From IMG/VR virus record IMGVR_UViG_3300025141_012032: DNA of 20,000 nt; one strand, 5' to 3'. Made by a program: the position numbers and the translations under genes. The stretch's first letter is position 1; every line of letters begins with the position of its first letter. This DNA is from an uncultured virus (IMG/VR IMGVR_UViG_3300025141_012032) (Duplodnaviria > Heunggongvirae > Uroviricota > Caudoviricetes). Positions 1-8,998 of the stretch are shown one piece after another. The notes beneath the pieces were generated by a model. The model saw only the letters and a list, made by a program, of their open reading frames with translations, had not been told where the DNA came from and searched no databases.

Positions 1-2445
1 ATACAAAATCAAGGAGGTCTACTTAGGCCACTAATGCAGTCTTTGTGCTCTCCAGGTATTTTATACAATTCAATTAAGTCTGGTTTAGCTGTAGACTATC
101 CTATTATAACCGATAAAGGTAAATTAAGTGCCTCTTATTATGGTTCATCCGATGGGGATGCTACTAGCAATTGGGCAATTACTGCTCGTATCCCGCCGTC
201 TAGTACTAATTATGGATATCACGGCGGCGAGTTTTGGGATCAAAGAATTCCTTTCGAAGCAATCTTGGCTCCCGATAAAAGCCTTGCCGGCGTGCAAATT
301 ATAGACGTCGAGCCTAACCCGTCCTGTTCTTTAAATGCGACAGCTTCAATGGGGGGTGCTAGCGATGAACTTTATTCTATGATGGCCAGCAATTTCTTCG
401 GCGAAGTCGGTTCGTTCTTTTTGAAGAACAACACCTTTACTAGTCTTGAATCTAACGTTATAACTGATGATCTAAGGTTTACATCAGGAAGCATATATGG
501 CGCCAGAATTAAGCTTAGAAGATCAGTCTCTGGTTCTAGAGACTATAGAGGAGAATCAGGCTCAGCGGGAAGTAATTCCGGGTATGGACTGGCGGGTGCC
601 AACGCCCGTATAGGTTCCAATTTTCTTGAATCAACCTACCCTGTACCACAGGATCCCCGACAATCTCCAATTTTTAAAGAAACTTTTACAATGTATTCGA
701 GGCCGTCTGCTTTTGGTCCTCCCGTTGCTGGCCAGCCTGATGGAACTGGCTCGATCAATCCGGCTGTCATAAAGACCAACCCAATGGATAGTTTCTATGG
801 CTATAACTGGTCGTTCACGCCACCATATACAAACGGAGAAGCGTGGTGCGATCTTATTTTCACTCCGGATCCAAACAAGGCATATGATTTGGAACAGATA
901 TTATCTGAGGTTAGTGCTGCGTACTGGAGAGCAGATCCTGGCGTAAGCACGGGAAGTGCAGATTATCTCGGTTCTAATCCTGTTTTAGTTTCCTCATTCG
1001 GCACTGCCTCATTTAGCAATGCTGTCAATTACATTTATTCCGGACACAATGTAAATGCCAATGCTATGCAACTCAGCGCTAGCGTTAACCTGTTCGGTAT
1101 TACAAGAGTACTGCAACAAGAATCAGACAGCAGAGGACAGAAATTAAAGAGTACAAACATTACCGCCGGAAAGAAGTGGGTTATCCAGCCAAAATGGGAG
1201 ACACCTATGTTGAATTTTAATGATGAAGGGGTTAATCCGATTACAAACGCAGCTGGAAATCTTACATTGCCCTCATTTGCATCCGGATCTGTTCCAAGGG
1301 GCATGTGGCACCAATTTGGTACGATGCCTACTTCTCCAGATATGGGCATATTTTTGGAGATTGGAGATATCCCTGCGAATTGGTTAAAATTTCATTATGA
1401 TGTCATAGCGAATGATTCAATTTATAATAAGCTAGATGCCGATACTGGAGGCTCTATATATGCAAAAATGAAATCTTTGAGCGATGTAGTAGGATTTAGC
1501 AAAACATCTTCTTCAACGCGTTTGGGAGAATTGGCGCCAAGCAAAACAATAAAGGAGGCAGTAGTTGCGGTGCCATATATTGTCGAAAACTCTACAGCCC
1601 TCCAAAAGACCGCCAGTAGAAAAACCTCAACTAAGAAAAAGTTTATTGACATTCCTGAAATAAGAATCGATGCGGCCATGTCACCGGCCGGCACCGCTTT
1701 GGGTGATTCTCTTGAGGCTGCTGGGACTTCTATAAGAAACCTAGTGCAGAAAATGGAGAGGTATGTCCTACCGCCACAGTTTGACTTTTTGAACAATGAA
1801 GATGTTAGTCCTATTGTCATGTATATATTTGAGTTTGAATATACTCTCGATAAAGACGACTTGTCATACATTTGGCAAAATTTGGCCCCCCGAGACTCAA
1901 GAAAAATATCGTTTCAATACCAATCTGTAGCGCACGAACTAATGGATTGGGAGCTTCTATCGGAATCCAATATTGTAGATAACGAAAATTTAAGGTGGAT
2001 GGTCTTTAAAGTAAAAGAAAAATCCCAAGGCCATTATTATGATCATGTTCCGTCACAAGTTGGTCAATCGTCGACAGATATATTCAGCTTTGATGATGCA
2101 TCCACTGGCTATAAAGTTGGTTTTAATTGGCCTTATGATTATTTGTCTTTTGTTGAACTAATTAAATTAGATGCAGAAGTTTTGTTTGAGCCGGCTCCTT
2201 TTGATGCTAGCACGGCCGAAAGGGAAGCAATAATTAAAGAGCCACCACCGGATCTGATTAAGGAGCCGCCACCGGATCTAGCAATCAAAGAGCCTCCGCC
2301 GGATTTTCGCAGTCGTACCGGTCGCAACGGCACATCAATTAAAGAGCCGCCACCAGATTTCCGAGGCAACACAACAATGGGAACTATACGTACTTCCGGT
2401 ATTAACAATAAAGGCGGCGGCAACAAAGGAGGCTCGGGGTACTAA
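1..2445 (+). CDS. Large putative virion structural protein, 5'-truncated (C-terminal part only)
   Basis: The frame is open from base 1 (IQNQGGLLRPL precedes the Met at 34), so the gene probably starts upstream of the window. It is Ser/Gly/Thr-rich and ends in IKEPPPD repeats and a Gly-rich tail (…GGGGNKGGSGY). Its stop overlaps the next start (TAATG). The structural role is inferred from context. Confidence 0.75.
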   Translation: MQNQGGLLRPLMQSLCSPGILYNSIKSGLAVDYPIITDKGKLSASYYGSSDGDATSNWAITARIPPSSTNYGYHGGEFWDQRIPFEAILAPDKSLAGVQIIDVEPNPSCSLNATASMGGASDELYSMMASNFFGEVGSFFLKNNTFTSLESNVITDDLRFTSGSIYGARIKLRRSVSGSRDYRGESGSAGSNSGYGLAGANARIGSNFLESTYPVPQDPRQSPIFKETFTMYSRPSAFGPPVAGQPDGTGSINPAVIKTNPMDSFYGYNWSFTPPYTNGEAWCDLIFTPDPNKAYDLEQILSEVSAAYWRADPGVSTGSADYLGSNPVLVSSFGTASFSNAVNYIYSGHNVNANAMQLSASVNLFGITRVLQQESDSRGQKLKSTNITAGKKWVIQPKWETPMLNFNDEGVNPITNAAGNLTLPSFASGSVPRGMWHQFGTMPTSPDMGIFLEIGDIPANWLKFHYDVIANDSIYNKLDADTGGSIYAKMKSLSDVVGFSKTSSSTRLGELAPSKTIKEAVVAVPYIVENSTALQKTASRKTSTKKKFIDIPEIRIDAAMSPAGTALGDSLEAAGTSIRNLVQKMERYVLPPQFDFLNNEDVSPIVMYIFEFEYTLDKDDLSYIWQNLAPRDSRKISFQYQSVAHELMDWELLSESNIVDNENLRWMVFKVKEKSQGHYYDHVPSQVGQSSTDIFSFDDASTGYKVGFNWPYDYLSFVELIKLDAEVLFEPAPFDASTAEREAIIKEPPPDLIKEPPPDLAIKEPPPDFRSRTGRNGTSIKEPPPDFRGNTTMGTIRTSGINNKGGGNKGGSGY
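2233..2358 (+). repeat. Four in-frame IKEPPPD peptide repeats
   Basis: Copies at 2233-2253, 2257-2277, 2284-2304 and 2338-2358. The peptide is identical but the synonymous codons differ. Confidence 0.95.
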
Positions 2446-3911
2446 TGGCTAAGTTTTTAAATAAAAAAGAAAGAGTATATGATCTTCAGCTGACTTCCTA
2501 TGGAAAATATTTAATGGGGATTGGCAAATTTAAACCAACATATTATCAATTTTTTGATGATAATATTTTGTATGATGCTCGATATGCCATGTATACTGGT
2601 TCGAATGCTCCCGAGAAATCTAGAGTTGAATTAATGCTTCGAGAAAATCAAAACGAAGTTCACAAGAGAATAAAAGAAGAAACTCAATACCTTGAATCGC
2701 TTGTTGTATTCGAGGACGTTGAAAACAATATTTCAAAAATATCAGAAGATAATGTTTTTGAAACAGATATAACGGCCACAATGAGAGAAGGCAGACTTGA
2801 TATGTTCAGAATAGATGAAGGAATTGGCGATGCGTATTTAAATGCAGGATCCGATGCGGCACCAGCTTGGAAAATAGTAACACTACAAGGAAATATAAAT
2901 TCTTCTGCTTACGTCGATGATCGGCTTGATAACAACGTACCACAGATCAATATTGAATTGCTGTATAAAAAGAAAACTGAAAGATATGGAATAATCCGCT
3001 CACCCCACACAATGCAGGAGATAACAGACGCAACACCGAGTTTTGCCGATGGCCACCTGATAAGACTAGAATCCGACGATGCATTAATATATGTAGAAGA
3101 AGTAAACACAGAGCTTTTGACTCAAAACTTTGATATTGAGGTGTTTGACAGGACGTTCTCGGCGCCCACACACCCAAGCGCATCTATAACGTTAAATTTA
3201 CAACCAGCAGCAGATGATTATATAATGTTGGTAACATCAAATGAAAACTATAGATCTGGCGACAATTACAAATACGTATTTAAATCTTCAGATACTTCTG
3301 ATGCCCGCTCGGCCAGATATGTTACAATAGGAGCAGATGCTTCAGCAACTGCAGAAGCGTTATTTAATAAAATAGAATTAAGCCTTGCCGGCGAACTTGG
3401 AGGCACTGCAGGAAAAGATCAGTCTTTTCATAATGTAACATACGATGGGGATGCTACAATAAGTTTAACTCTTAATAATGCTGGTAGCATATATAATTTT
3501 AATTTAAATTATATCGAGCTTGGATCTTCGGTCTCCTTGGCATCTGAAGCGACAGCAGGAACTTTTACAATAGGCGGTTGGTCTGGAGGAAAAGATAAGT
3601 CCGAGACTCTTGAGAAGAAATTTTTTAGAAAGCAGCCGACACAAGTTGTAAATGGCTTTATGATTGCTGACCGACCGATAATGGCGCCAGCAAGACCCTC
3701 AGATACTGGCAGCGTGGAATATTATTTTAATTTATTGACTGACAGACAAATTGATCAAGAAACAGCATGCCGCGGCGCTAGTATCTTCAACAGACAGTCT
3801 TATTATGTAGATCTAGATTTTCATTGTAGCAATGCAATTCAAACTGAAACTGGTGTAAAATACTATGATATTTATGGAGCAGTTACGGAGCCAGAAATAT
3901 GTCAAGATTAA
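2445..3911 (+). CDS. Putative baseplate/tail structural protein (N-terminus paralogous to 11723..12718)
   Basis: 488-aa ORF coupled to the previous gene by TAATG. Its first 43 aa align without gaps to ORF 11723 (D13, LT16-17, G20, G27, F29, DD38-39, I41, Y43). It carries a probable inserted beta-rich module at about 3174-3596. Confidence 0.7.
   Translation: MAKFLNKKERVYDLQLTSYGKYLMGIGKFKPTYYQFFDDNILYDARYAMYTGSNAPEKSRVELMLRENQNEVHKRIKEETQYLESLVVFEDVENNISKISEDNVFETDITATMREGRLDMFRIDEGIGDAYLNAGSDAAPAWKIVTLQGNINSSAYVDDRLDNNVPQINIELLYKKKTERYGIIRSPHTMQEITDATPSFADGHLIRLESDDALIYVEEVNTELLTQNFDIEVFDRTFSAPTHPSASITLNLQPAADDYIMLVTSNENYRSGDNYKYVFKSSDTSDARSARYVTIGADASATAEALFNKIELSLAGELGGTAGKDQSFHNVTYDGDATISLTLNNAGSIYNFNLNYIELGSSVSLASEATAGTFTIGGWSGGKDKSETLEKKFFRKQPTQVVNGFMIADRPIMAPARPSDTGSVEYYFNLLTDRQIDQETACRGASIFNRQSYYVDLDFHCSNAIQTETGVKYYDIYGAVTEPEICQD
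3869..3879 (+). promoter_or_regulatory. TATTTAT motif (putative phage late promoter) followed by GGAG
   Basis: TATTTATGGAG lies about 20 nt before ATG 3899; the same 11-mer occurs at 7183-7193 before ORF 7204. Confidence 0.4.
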
Positions 3912-6900
3912 TTTTTAAAGGAGATTTGGATTTAAACTTTGGACAATATTATCCGACTCCTTATATTGATAAAATTTATGTAGTAGCAAACGAAACTCAT
4001 GCTTGGGATTCTAACATCACAGAGGGCATTAGATTTGATTTGTCGATTTTCCTACCAGAGTGGGATAAAGCAAGCCCAGCTGAACAAAAGCAAGAAATTA
4101 ATAATTTATATGTATTTGCCGGATTTGTGATAGGAGATGATGTATCGAAGCTTGTTAATTCAGAAACAAGCATTGCCGATATGTTTAGAGAGTTTCCGAC
4201 CCCGACGTCGGCCGATTCCGCCACTACTTTCGCTGACTCTCGGGCGTCGGTACCGACAGGATTTTGGTTTGACAATTGTCCGGATGGAATGTGTGATTCT
4301 GCTTACGCTATACGCACCAAAGGCCAAGCAGAATACGATATGTGGAGTGGTGCTCAGTCTATTGCATATAATGCGTATTGTTATACAAATATTATAAGCC
4401 TTAGAGTTAGCGATTTTGTTGGAAGCGATTCTGAGAATCCTGACCATGGAGATGAATCATATTACGATGAGGATAACGAGATCCAATATTATAGATATAA
4501 TGTCAGCGTAACTATTCCTATGGCTGGAGATTATTATACTTGGGAAGAACTTTTATCGGCTGCATATGTTTCTGACGATGGTACCGATGATCAAAGACAG
4601 GTTGCAGCATTTACTTTTTCTAGTGTAAGCGATCTAATGGATCTTAAAACCACAACAAGTACGGACTATGGTAGAGTATATTCAGATCCGTGGGCTCATT
4701 TTAAATCAAGAGCACTTGGAGAAGTGGCGTATGAGGAAGTTTTTAGAAACGGAAGCTTATTGACAGATCCGCAGCCAATTTATGTTGATACAACTGGCAC
4801 ATATTATAATGGTGTGCCGATGTATTCTTTAGGCGGCACTCTTCATAAACACGATCAACAATCTAGCTTCGCCGGCGCGCTATTATCTATTTTCGGCGCC
4901 ACTACTGACTCAGAGATTACAGACGAAATGTCAGATTTTGCAGCTAGTGTAATTAGTATGACTTCTGAGTACAAGCATAGTCCAAAATTATTGCTGCAAG
5001 CAAATAAGTTAAAAGCAGCATTTCCAGATAAAAATTTAGCTGGCAGTGTGGGGGCTCAATACCAAAGATTTAAAAGTCTCATAGCTCAAGAGAACGCTGC
5101 TACAAAAATGAATCAGGTTGTTACAATAAAGCTTATTAGAAACAACAAACTTGTTGATTTGCGCGGCGCCGTACCTGTTGGGGATTTTGTTAGGGAAGAA
5201 CCACAAGAAGAACAATGTGACGACGATGACGATTGGACACACACCCGCCTGCCCGGCGATGACGCCGGTACCGCCTCCGCGTCGAACCTGTGGAGAATTA
5301 CGCGCTATAGATATTCTCAAGATGTGAATGAAGATCCATCTGAGTATTTGGTGTGGGACCGCGGCGAAACGCTTTGTAATTATGGCGTTCTTTTCTTTGA
5401 CTATGAAAAGGCTTTAAGAAATGATACGTATGTCTCAAGATTATTCGATATAGATAAATTAGAGCACTGGTTCGGCAAGGAGTTTACTCAGGGCGCCTTG
5501 AGATTCAAGCAGACAACTTTAGATAGACATCTCGGTGACTCCACCGACAACAAACACATGTCTATCGTTACTAATTATACTTATGAAGCCTTCGAACATA
5601 CTCCAATATCTAACATGTTCCACTATCACGATAGTCTTCTTGGTGAATGCTACCCGCAGATAGAAATAGGGATGAATGGCACTACCGATTATTCATATTG
5701 CATATTAAGAAATTTTGTTGATAATTATCGAGATTACGAACTAGAATCGTTTACAACATCGGGTTATAGGCTAGCCGCCTTTCAATTTCAAGATTATCTA
5801 TCTTCTTATTATGGCGCCGGTGTAGATCCCGATTCGGATGTGTCCAGCGTTGCCGATGAAAACTATAGGTTCTACGTAACTTTATACGACTATACCTATA
5901 TTTTGCTGGAGTACCTCGCGGCCAATCTTAAAACAGAGATGGCAAATTTTCTTGCATACTATGAAATAGCCTCAGAGAATTGTAATTATGATAGCGAAGA
6001 ATCTACCTTTAATTCTGCTTTTGTTGAAGGTATTTCGGCCCAATATGAAGATACTCCTGGTTCTGCTCCATATGCTTCGGCGCCTATACTTTATGAACTA
6101 CACAGAGATATATTATTTAATACGCACGGAGGAGGCCAAGAAGCTTTATTGGAAAAGGCAGCTCACCACACGTCCAATTTACATCCTGAAACAGCAACGC
6201 TGGCGCATATCGCGGCCTTTTATGAATTAATGGAAGAATTATATACGCTTTATTATGATCAATCAGAAGGCGAGTTATATGATATATTGGGAGATGATCC
6301 AGAAACTCCACGAAAATTAGACTATTGTCGCTTATATGCATTGACAGACGGCGCCGGCGACGACTATATCATCGAAGGCGCCGAAAGCAGAGAGGAATAC
6401 GAAGAAGAATTAGAAATGTATGGAGCTTACGAGACCGACGCTTGGACCTCCAGCCCGACATATACTAGAACAATACTTGAGACCGATGCCATCGAAAGAA
6501 TGCAAGAATTGGCAACCTATCTTAATGATATTTGGATAAGGTACTATGATCCGTATGCCGGCGGTGGATATAATGTTTCTCCCGGCTGTTGTCTTTGGAA
6601 ATCTGGAACGGATGGCTCAGGATTTACAAACAGAATCAGCTCGACCACTGGAGAATGCGGCGGCGCTATTATTGGTGATGGTTTGTTATCTTGGGACGGC
6701 TCGGCATCTGGCCATGTTGGCGTTTACAATTATGTAAATGATATGATAGATTATTTAGAATCAATGCGCGAATGGAATTATGAAAATCCAGACCCTTCGA
6801 GCCGGTGTCTAAATGTTATAGGCGAGACTTTAGATTCTTGTCTAATGATTGAAGCAGAAAGAAACGCAGAGGAGCACTTCTACCGGTTCACAGAACCTCC

Positions 6901-7180
6901 ATGCGCGAACGATAGCGGCTGCACGTGCTGGAGAATGGTTGATAAAACTACCGGCTTAGACGTAACTATTGAAGAGTGGGGAGATGCAGTAAAAGAATTT
7001 GTCATGCTAGCTTATCCAAATTCTGTTAATACGTCGGCGAATGCGAGCGCGGGCCGCGATTACGATGGCCAAATAGTTATTACACAAGTTGTCCAAGATG
7101 TTGGGGTTGATACTGGGAGTTCTGCTTGCGGTTGGGACTGCAGTCCCGGTGGTGGAGCCCCATGGTCAGACTTATATTAA
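3899..7180 (+). CDS. Large acidic, Tyr/Cys-rich hypothetical protein, probably virion-associated
   Basis: 1093-aa ORF overlapping the previous gene by 13 nt, with GGAG upstream. Very Asp/Glu-rich, with 10 Cys in the last ~197 aa. Confidence 0.8.
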   Translation: MSRLIFKGDLDLNFGQYYPTPYIDKIYVVANETHAWDSNITEGIRFDLSIFLPEWDKASPAEQKQEINNLYVFAGFVIGDDVSKLVNSETSIADMFREFPTPTSADSATTFADSRASVPTGFWFDNCPDGMCDSAYAIRTKGQAEYDMWSGAQSIAYNAYCYTNIISLRVSDFVGSDSENPDHGDESYYDEDNEIQYYRYNVSVTIPMAGDYYTWEELLSAAYVSDDGTDDQRQVAAFTFSSVSDLMDLKTTTSTDYGRVYSDPWAHFKSRALGEVAYEEVFRNGSLLTDPQPIYVDTTGTYYNGVPMYSLGGTLHKHDQQSSFAGALLSIFGATTDSEITDEMSDFAASVISMTSEYKHSPKLLLQANKLKAAFPDKNLAGSVGAQYQRFKSLIAQENAATKMNQVVTIKLIRNNKLVDLRGAVPVGDFVREEPQEEQCDDDDDWTHTRLPGDDAGTASASNLWRITRYRYSQDVNEDPSEYLVWDRGETLCNYGVLFFDYEKALRNDTYVSRLFDIDKLEHWFGKEFTQGALRFKQTTLDRHLGDSTDNKHMSIVTNYTYEAFEHTPISNMFHYHDSLLGECYPQIEIGMNGTTDYSYCILRNFVDNYRDYELESFTTSGYRLAAFQFQDYLSSYYGAGVDPDSDVSSVADENYRFYVTLYDYTYILLEYLAANLKTEMANFLAYYEIASENCNYDSEESTFNSAFVEGISAQYEDTPGSAPYASAPILYELHRDILFNTHGGGQEALLEKAAHHTSNLHPETATLAHIAAFYELMEELYTLYYDQSEGELYDILGDDPETPRKLDYCRLYALTDGAGDDYIIEGAESREEYEEELEMYGAYETDAWTSSPTYTRTILETDAIERMQELATYLNDIWIRYYDPYAGGGYNVSPGCCLWKSGTDGSGFTNRISSTTGECGGAIIGDGLLSWDGSASGHVGVYNYVNDMIDYLESMREWNYENPDPSSRCLNVIGETLDSCLMIEAERNAEEHFYRFTEPPCANDSGCTCWRMVDKTTGLDVTIEEWGDAVKEFVMLAYPNSVNTSANASAGRDYDGQIVITQVVQDVGVDTGSSACGWDCSPGGGAPWSDLY

Positions 7181-7182
7181 TA

Positions 7183-7193
7183 TATTTATGGAG
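7183..7193 (+). promoter_or_regulatory. TATTTAT motif plus RBS
   Basis: Intergenic TATTTATGGAG upstream of ATG 7204. Confidence 0.5.
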
Positions 7194-7203
7194 ATAAAAA
7201 CAA

Positions 7204-7746
7204 ATGCCAAAAATTGTAAAACCGAATAAATTAAAGAATGGCGTCGGCACAAACACTTTTATAAAAACACTAAATAAAACACCGGTCGCTGGAAAAAAAG
7301 TATCAACAAATTCAAGTAGAGCAAGACTAAATATGGCGTATCAAAAAATGTCTAAAGATTTAACTATCCAACAGCAATCAGCAAATACATCCGATAATAT
7401 GTTGGGAATAAGTATTTTGCATGCTATGGGGTGCTCGGTGCACGAAGGTTATGCAAATATGTCATTATTACCAACACAAACTGATACCGAGATTATTCAA
7501 AATGAAAACATATTTGATGTTCAATCGGCCAAAAGTCTTCAAAATAGTATCGTTGAGCCTGAAGATAAATTTTCAAATACCGATAGCGATCCATTTTATA
7601 CTCTTGATGATGCGCCGGCTATAACAATTCTTGCGCGCAACGAAAGCATCAAAGAACAGACTGAGTTTAAAGTTGGCAGTCTAGTGGCAGATTTGGCCGG
7701 CCAAAACTTTAGTAGCTTTGGTACCACTACAAAACAATTTAAGTAA
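7204..7746 (+). CDS. Hypothetical protein with Lys-rich N-terminus
   Basis: 180-aa ORF with a GGAG RBS, filling the gap between its neighbours. Confidence 0.75.
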   Translation: MPKIVKPNKLKNGVGTNTFIKTLNKTPVAGKKVSTNSSRARLNMAYQKMSKDLTIQQQSANTSDNMLGISILHAMGCSVHEGYANMSLLPTQTDTEIIQNENIFDVQSAKSLQNSIVEPEDKFSNTDSDPFYTLDDAPAITILARNESIKEQTEFKVGSLVADLAGQNFSSFGTTTKQFK

Positions 7747-7763
7747 TATTTATTTATAAGGAG
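7747..7763 (+). promoter_or_regulatory. TATTTAT(A) motif plus RBS
   Basis: Intergenic TATTTATTTATAAGGAG upstream of ATG 7774. Confidence 0.5.
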
Positions 7764-7773
7764 ATAGTCAAAA

Positions 7774-8685
7774 ATGTCTGCAACCGAATTGAATAGCATA
7801 ATATATTATCTTCAATATATTAGTACTGACTGGTCTGATCACGATGGCCATCCATCGGTCACAACGTTCAGAGTGTACCCGGAGCGCGCTTTAGATAGTT
7901 ATATGGATTATATCCAAGAAGGCGAGATTAGCTATTTTGATGTGGGGTGGGACTCCTACACCGCCCCGGATATGTTATATTTTTTAGATGATAATCCGCC
8001 TAGCTTTACCGTGAGTACGATTGAAGCGCCCCAAGATGCAACCGCTGAGGAACCCGCAGCAGACGAGGACACCGGTGCAACTCACGCTTCACAACGGCCG
8101 GCCGGCACAACCGCTTTACAAAATCGATGGAGACCCGGCATGTCGCCAGATCTGACTGTTAGCGACACGCGGCCGGCCGGCACAACCGCTTTACAAAATC
8201 GATGGAGACCCGGCATGTCGCCAGATCTGACTGTTACAGATCTGACTGTTAGCGACACGCGGCAGGGCAGCGTTGGTCCCTCTCGCACCGCCAACCCGCG
8301 CATCACCAGTCCGTTCTCTTTCACCGGAAGACTCAGTACCCGAGTCAGCGTTGCGGCTGGCGGAAGTGTCCTTGATTCAATAGATGCACCATCTTTAAGC
8401 TTGGCCCTCGATTACGAAGACGACTACATGCTGCGGGCCGGCCCGACAGCTTATCAATATACATTGAGTCTTGTTGGTCAGGAGATCGTAACGCCGCAGT
8501 CTTTTTGGGAAACAATGGATTCAATCTGTAAAAGCACAATCACCACAGACGGCTCCGCGATGATGCATTGGATTCAGAATCCAACTATTATGACACCAGA
8601 ATGTATATTTGTTGGATATGATTGGGAATATACTTCGGAAGGTTTCCCTTTTGAAATTACTTATATGGAAGAATATGACACATGA
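7774..8685 (+). CDS. Hypothetical protein with an internal tandem duplication
   Basis: 303-aa ORF with an AAGGAG RBS. Acidic termini flank a GC-richer, Pro/Arg/Thr-rich middle that contains a duplicated 25-aa unit. Confidence 0.75.
   Translation: MSATELNSIIYYLQYISTDWSDHDGHPSVTTFRVYPERALDSYMDYIQEGEISYFDVGWDSYTAPDMLYFLDDNPPSFTVSTIEAPQDATAEEPAADEDTGATHASQRPAGTTALQNRWRPGMSPDLTVSDTRPAGTTALQNRWRPGMSPDLTVTDLTVSDTRQGSVGPSRTANPRITSPFSFTGRLSTRVSVAAGGSVLDSIDAPSLSLALDYEDDYMLRAGPTAYQYTLSLVGQEIVTPQSFWETMDSICKSTITTDGSAMMHWIQNPTIMTPECIFVGYDWEYTSEGFPFEITYMEEYDT
8095..8263 (+). repeat. 75-nt tandem duplication with a nested 15-nt duplication
   Basis: 8095-8169 encodes RPAGTTALQNRWRPGMSPDLTVSDT. It is repeated identically from 8170, with an extra ACAGATCTGACTGTT (TDLTV) at 8236-8250. 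The frame is preserved. Confidence 0.95.
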
Positions 8686-8996
8686 GCTATGATACTGCAT
8701 ATCAGGTAGCGGCTAGTTATAACGCCGAAGAAGCTGCATATTTAGCTTCAAAATTTGCCGCATCGACAGAGCCATATAGTCTAATAACCGCAGCTGTTGA
8801 ATCTTTAGCAGAGCAAGCTATTGTTCAAGGTGAGATTGTAGGTGAAACTTTTGCAACAGCTGCTGGTCCTGGCCGGTCAGTCATTACACAAGCAGTAAGT
8901 GGCTCTGCGCCGACGACGAATCCAGATGATGCCAGTGCAGTGACGTATACTGCCGGCTCAGGCACCGCAGGCCGCAGCACCGGTGGGGGCTATTAA
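8682..8996 (+). CDS. Small Ala/Ser/Thr-rich hypothetical protein ending in GGGY
   Basis: 104-aa ORF coupled to the previous gene by ATGA; the next start follows 2 nt after its stop. Confidence 0.7.
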   Translation: MSYDTAYQVAASYNAEEAAYLASKFAASTEPYSLITAAVESLAEQAIVQGEIVGETFATAAGPGRSVITQAVSGSAPTTNPDDASAVTYTAGSGTAGRSTGGGY

Positions 8997-8998
8997 TA

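Noticed and set aside
11..36. AAGGAGGT followed by ATG 34 as a true gene start
   Set aside because: The 15-nt spacing is long for an RBS and the frame is open from base 1, so the gene more likely begins upstream.
2233..8263. The repeats at 2233-2358 and 8095-8263 as CRISPR arrays or diversity-generating retroelement repeats
   Set aside because: Both are in-frame coding repeats with no regular unique spacers and no adenine-specific divergence. There is no cas gene or reverse transcriptase in the window.
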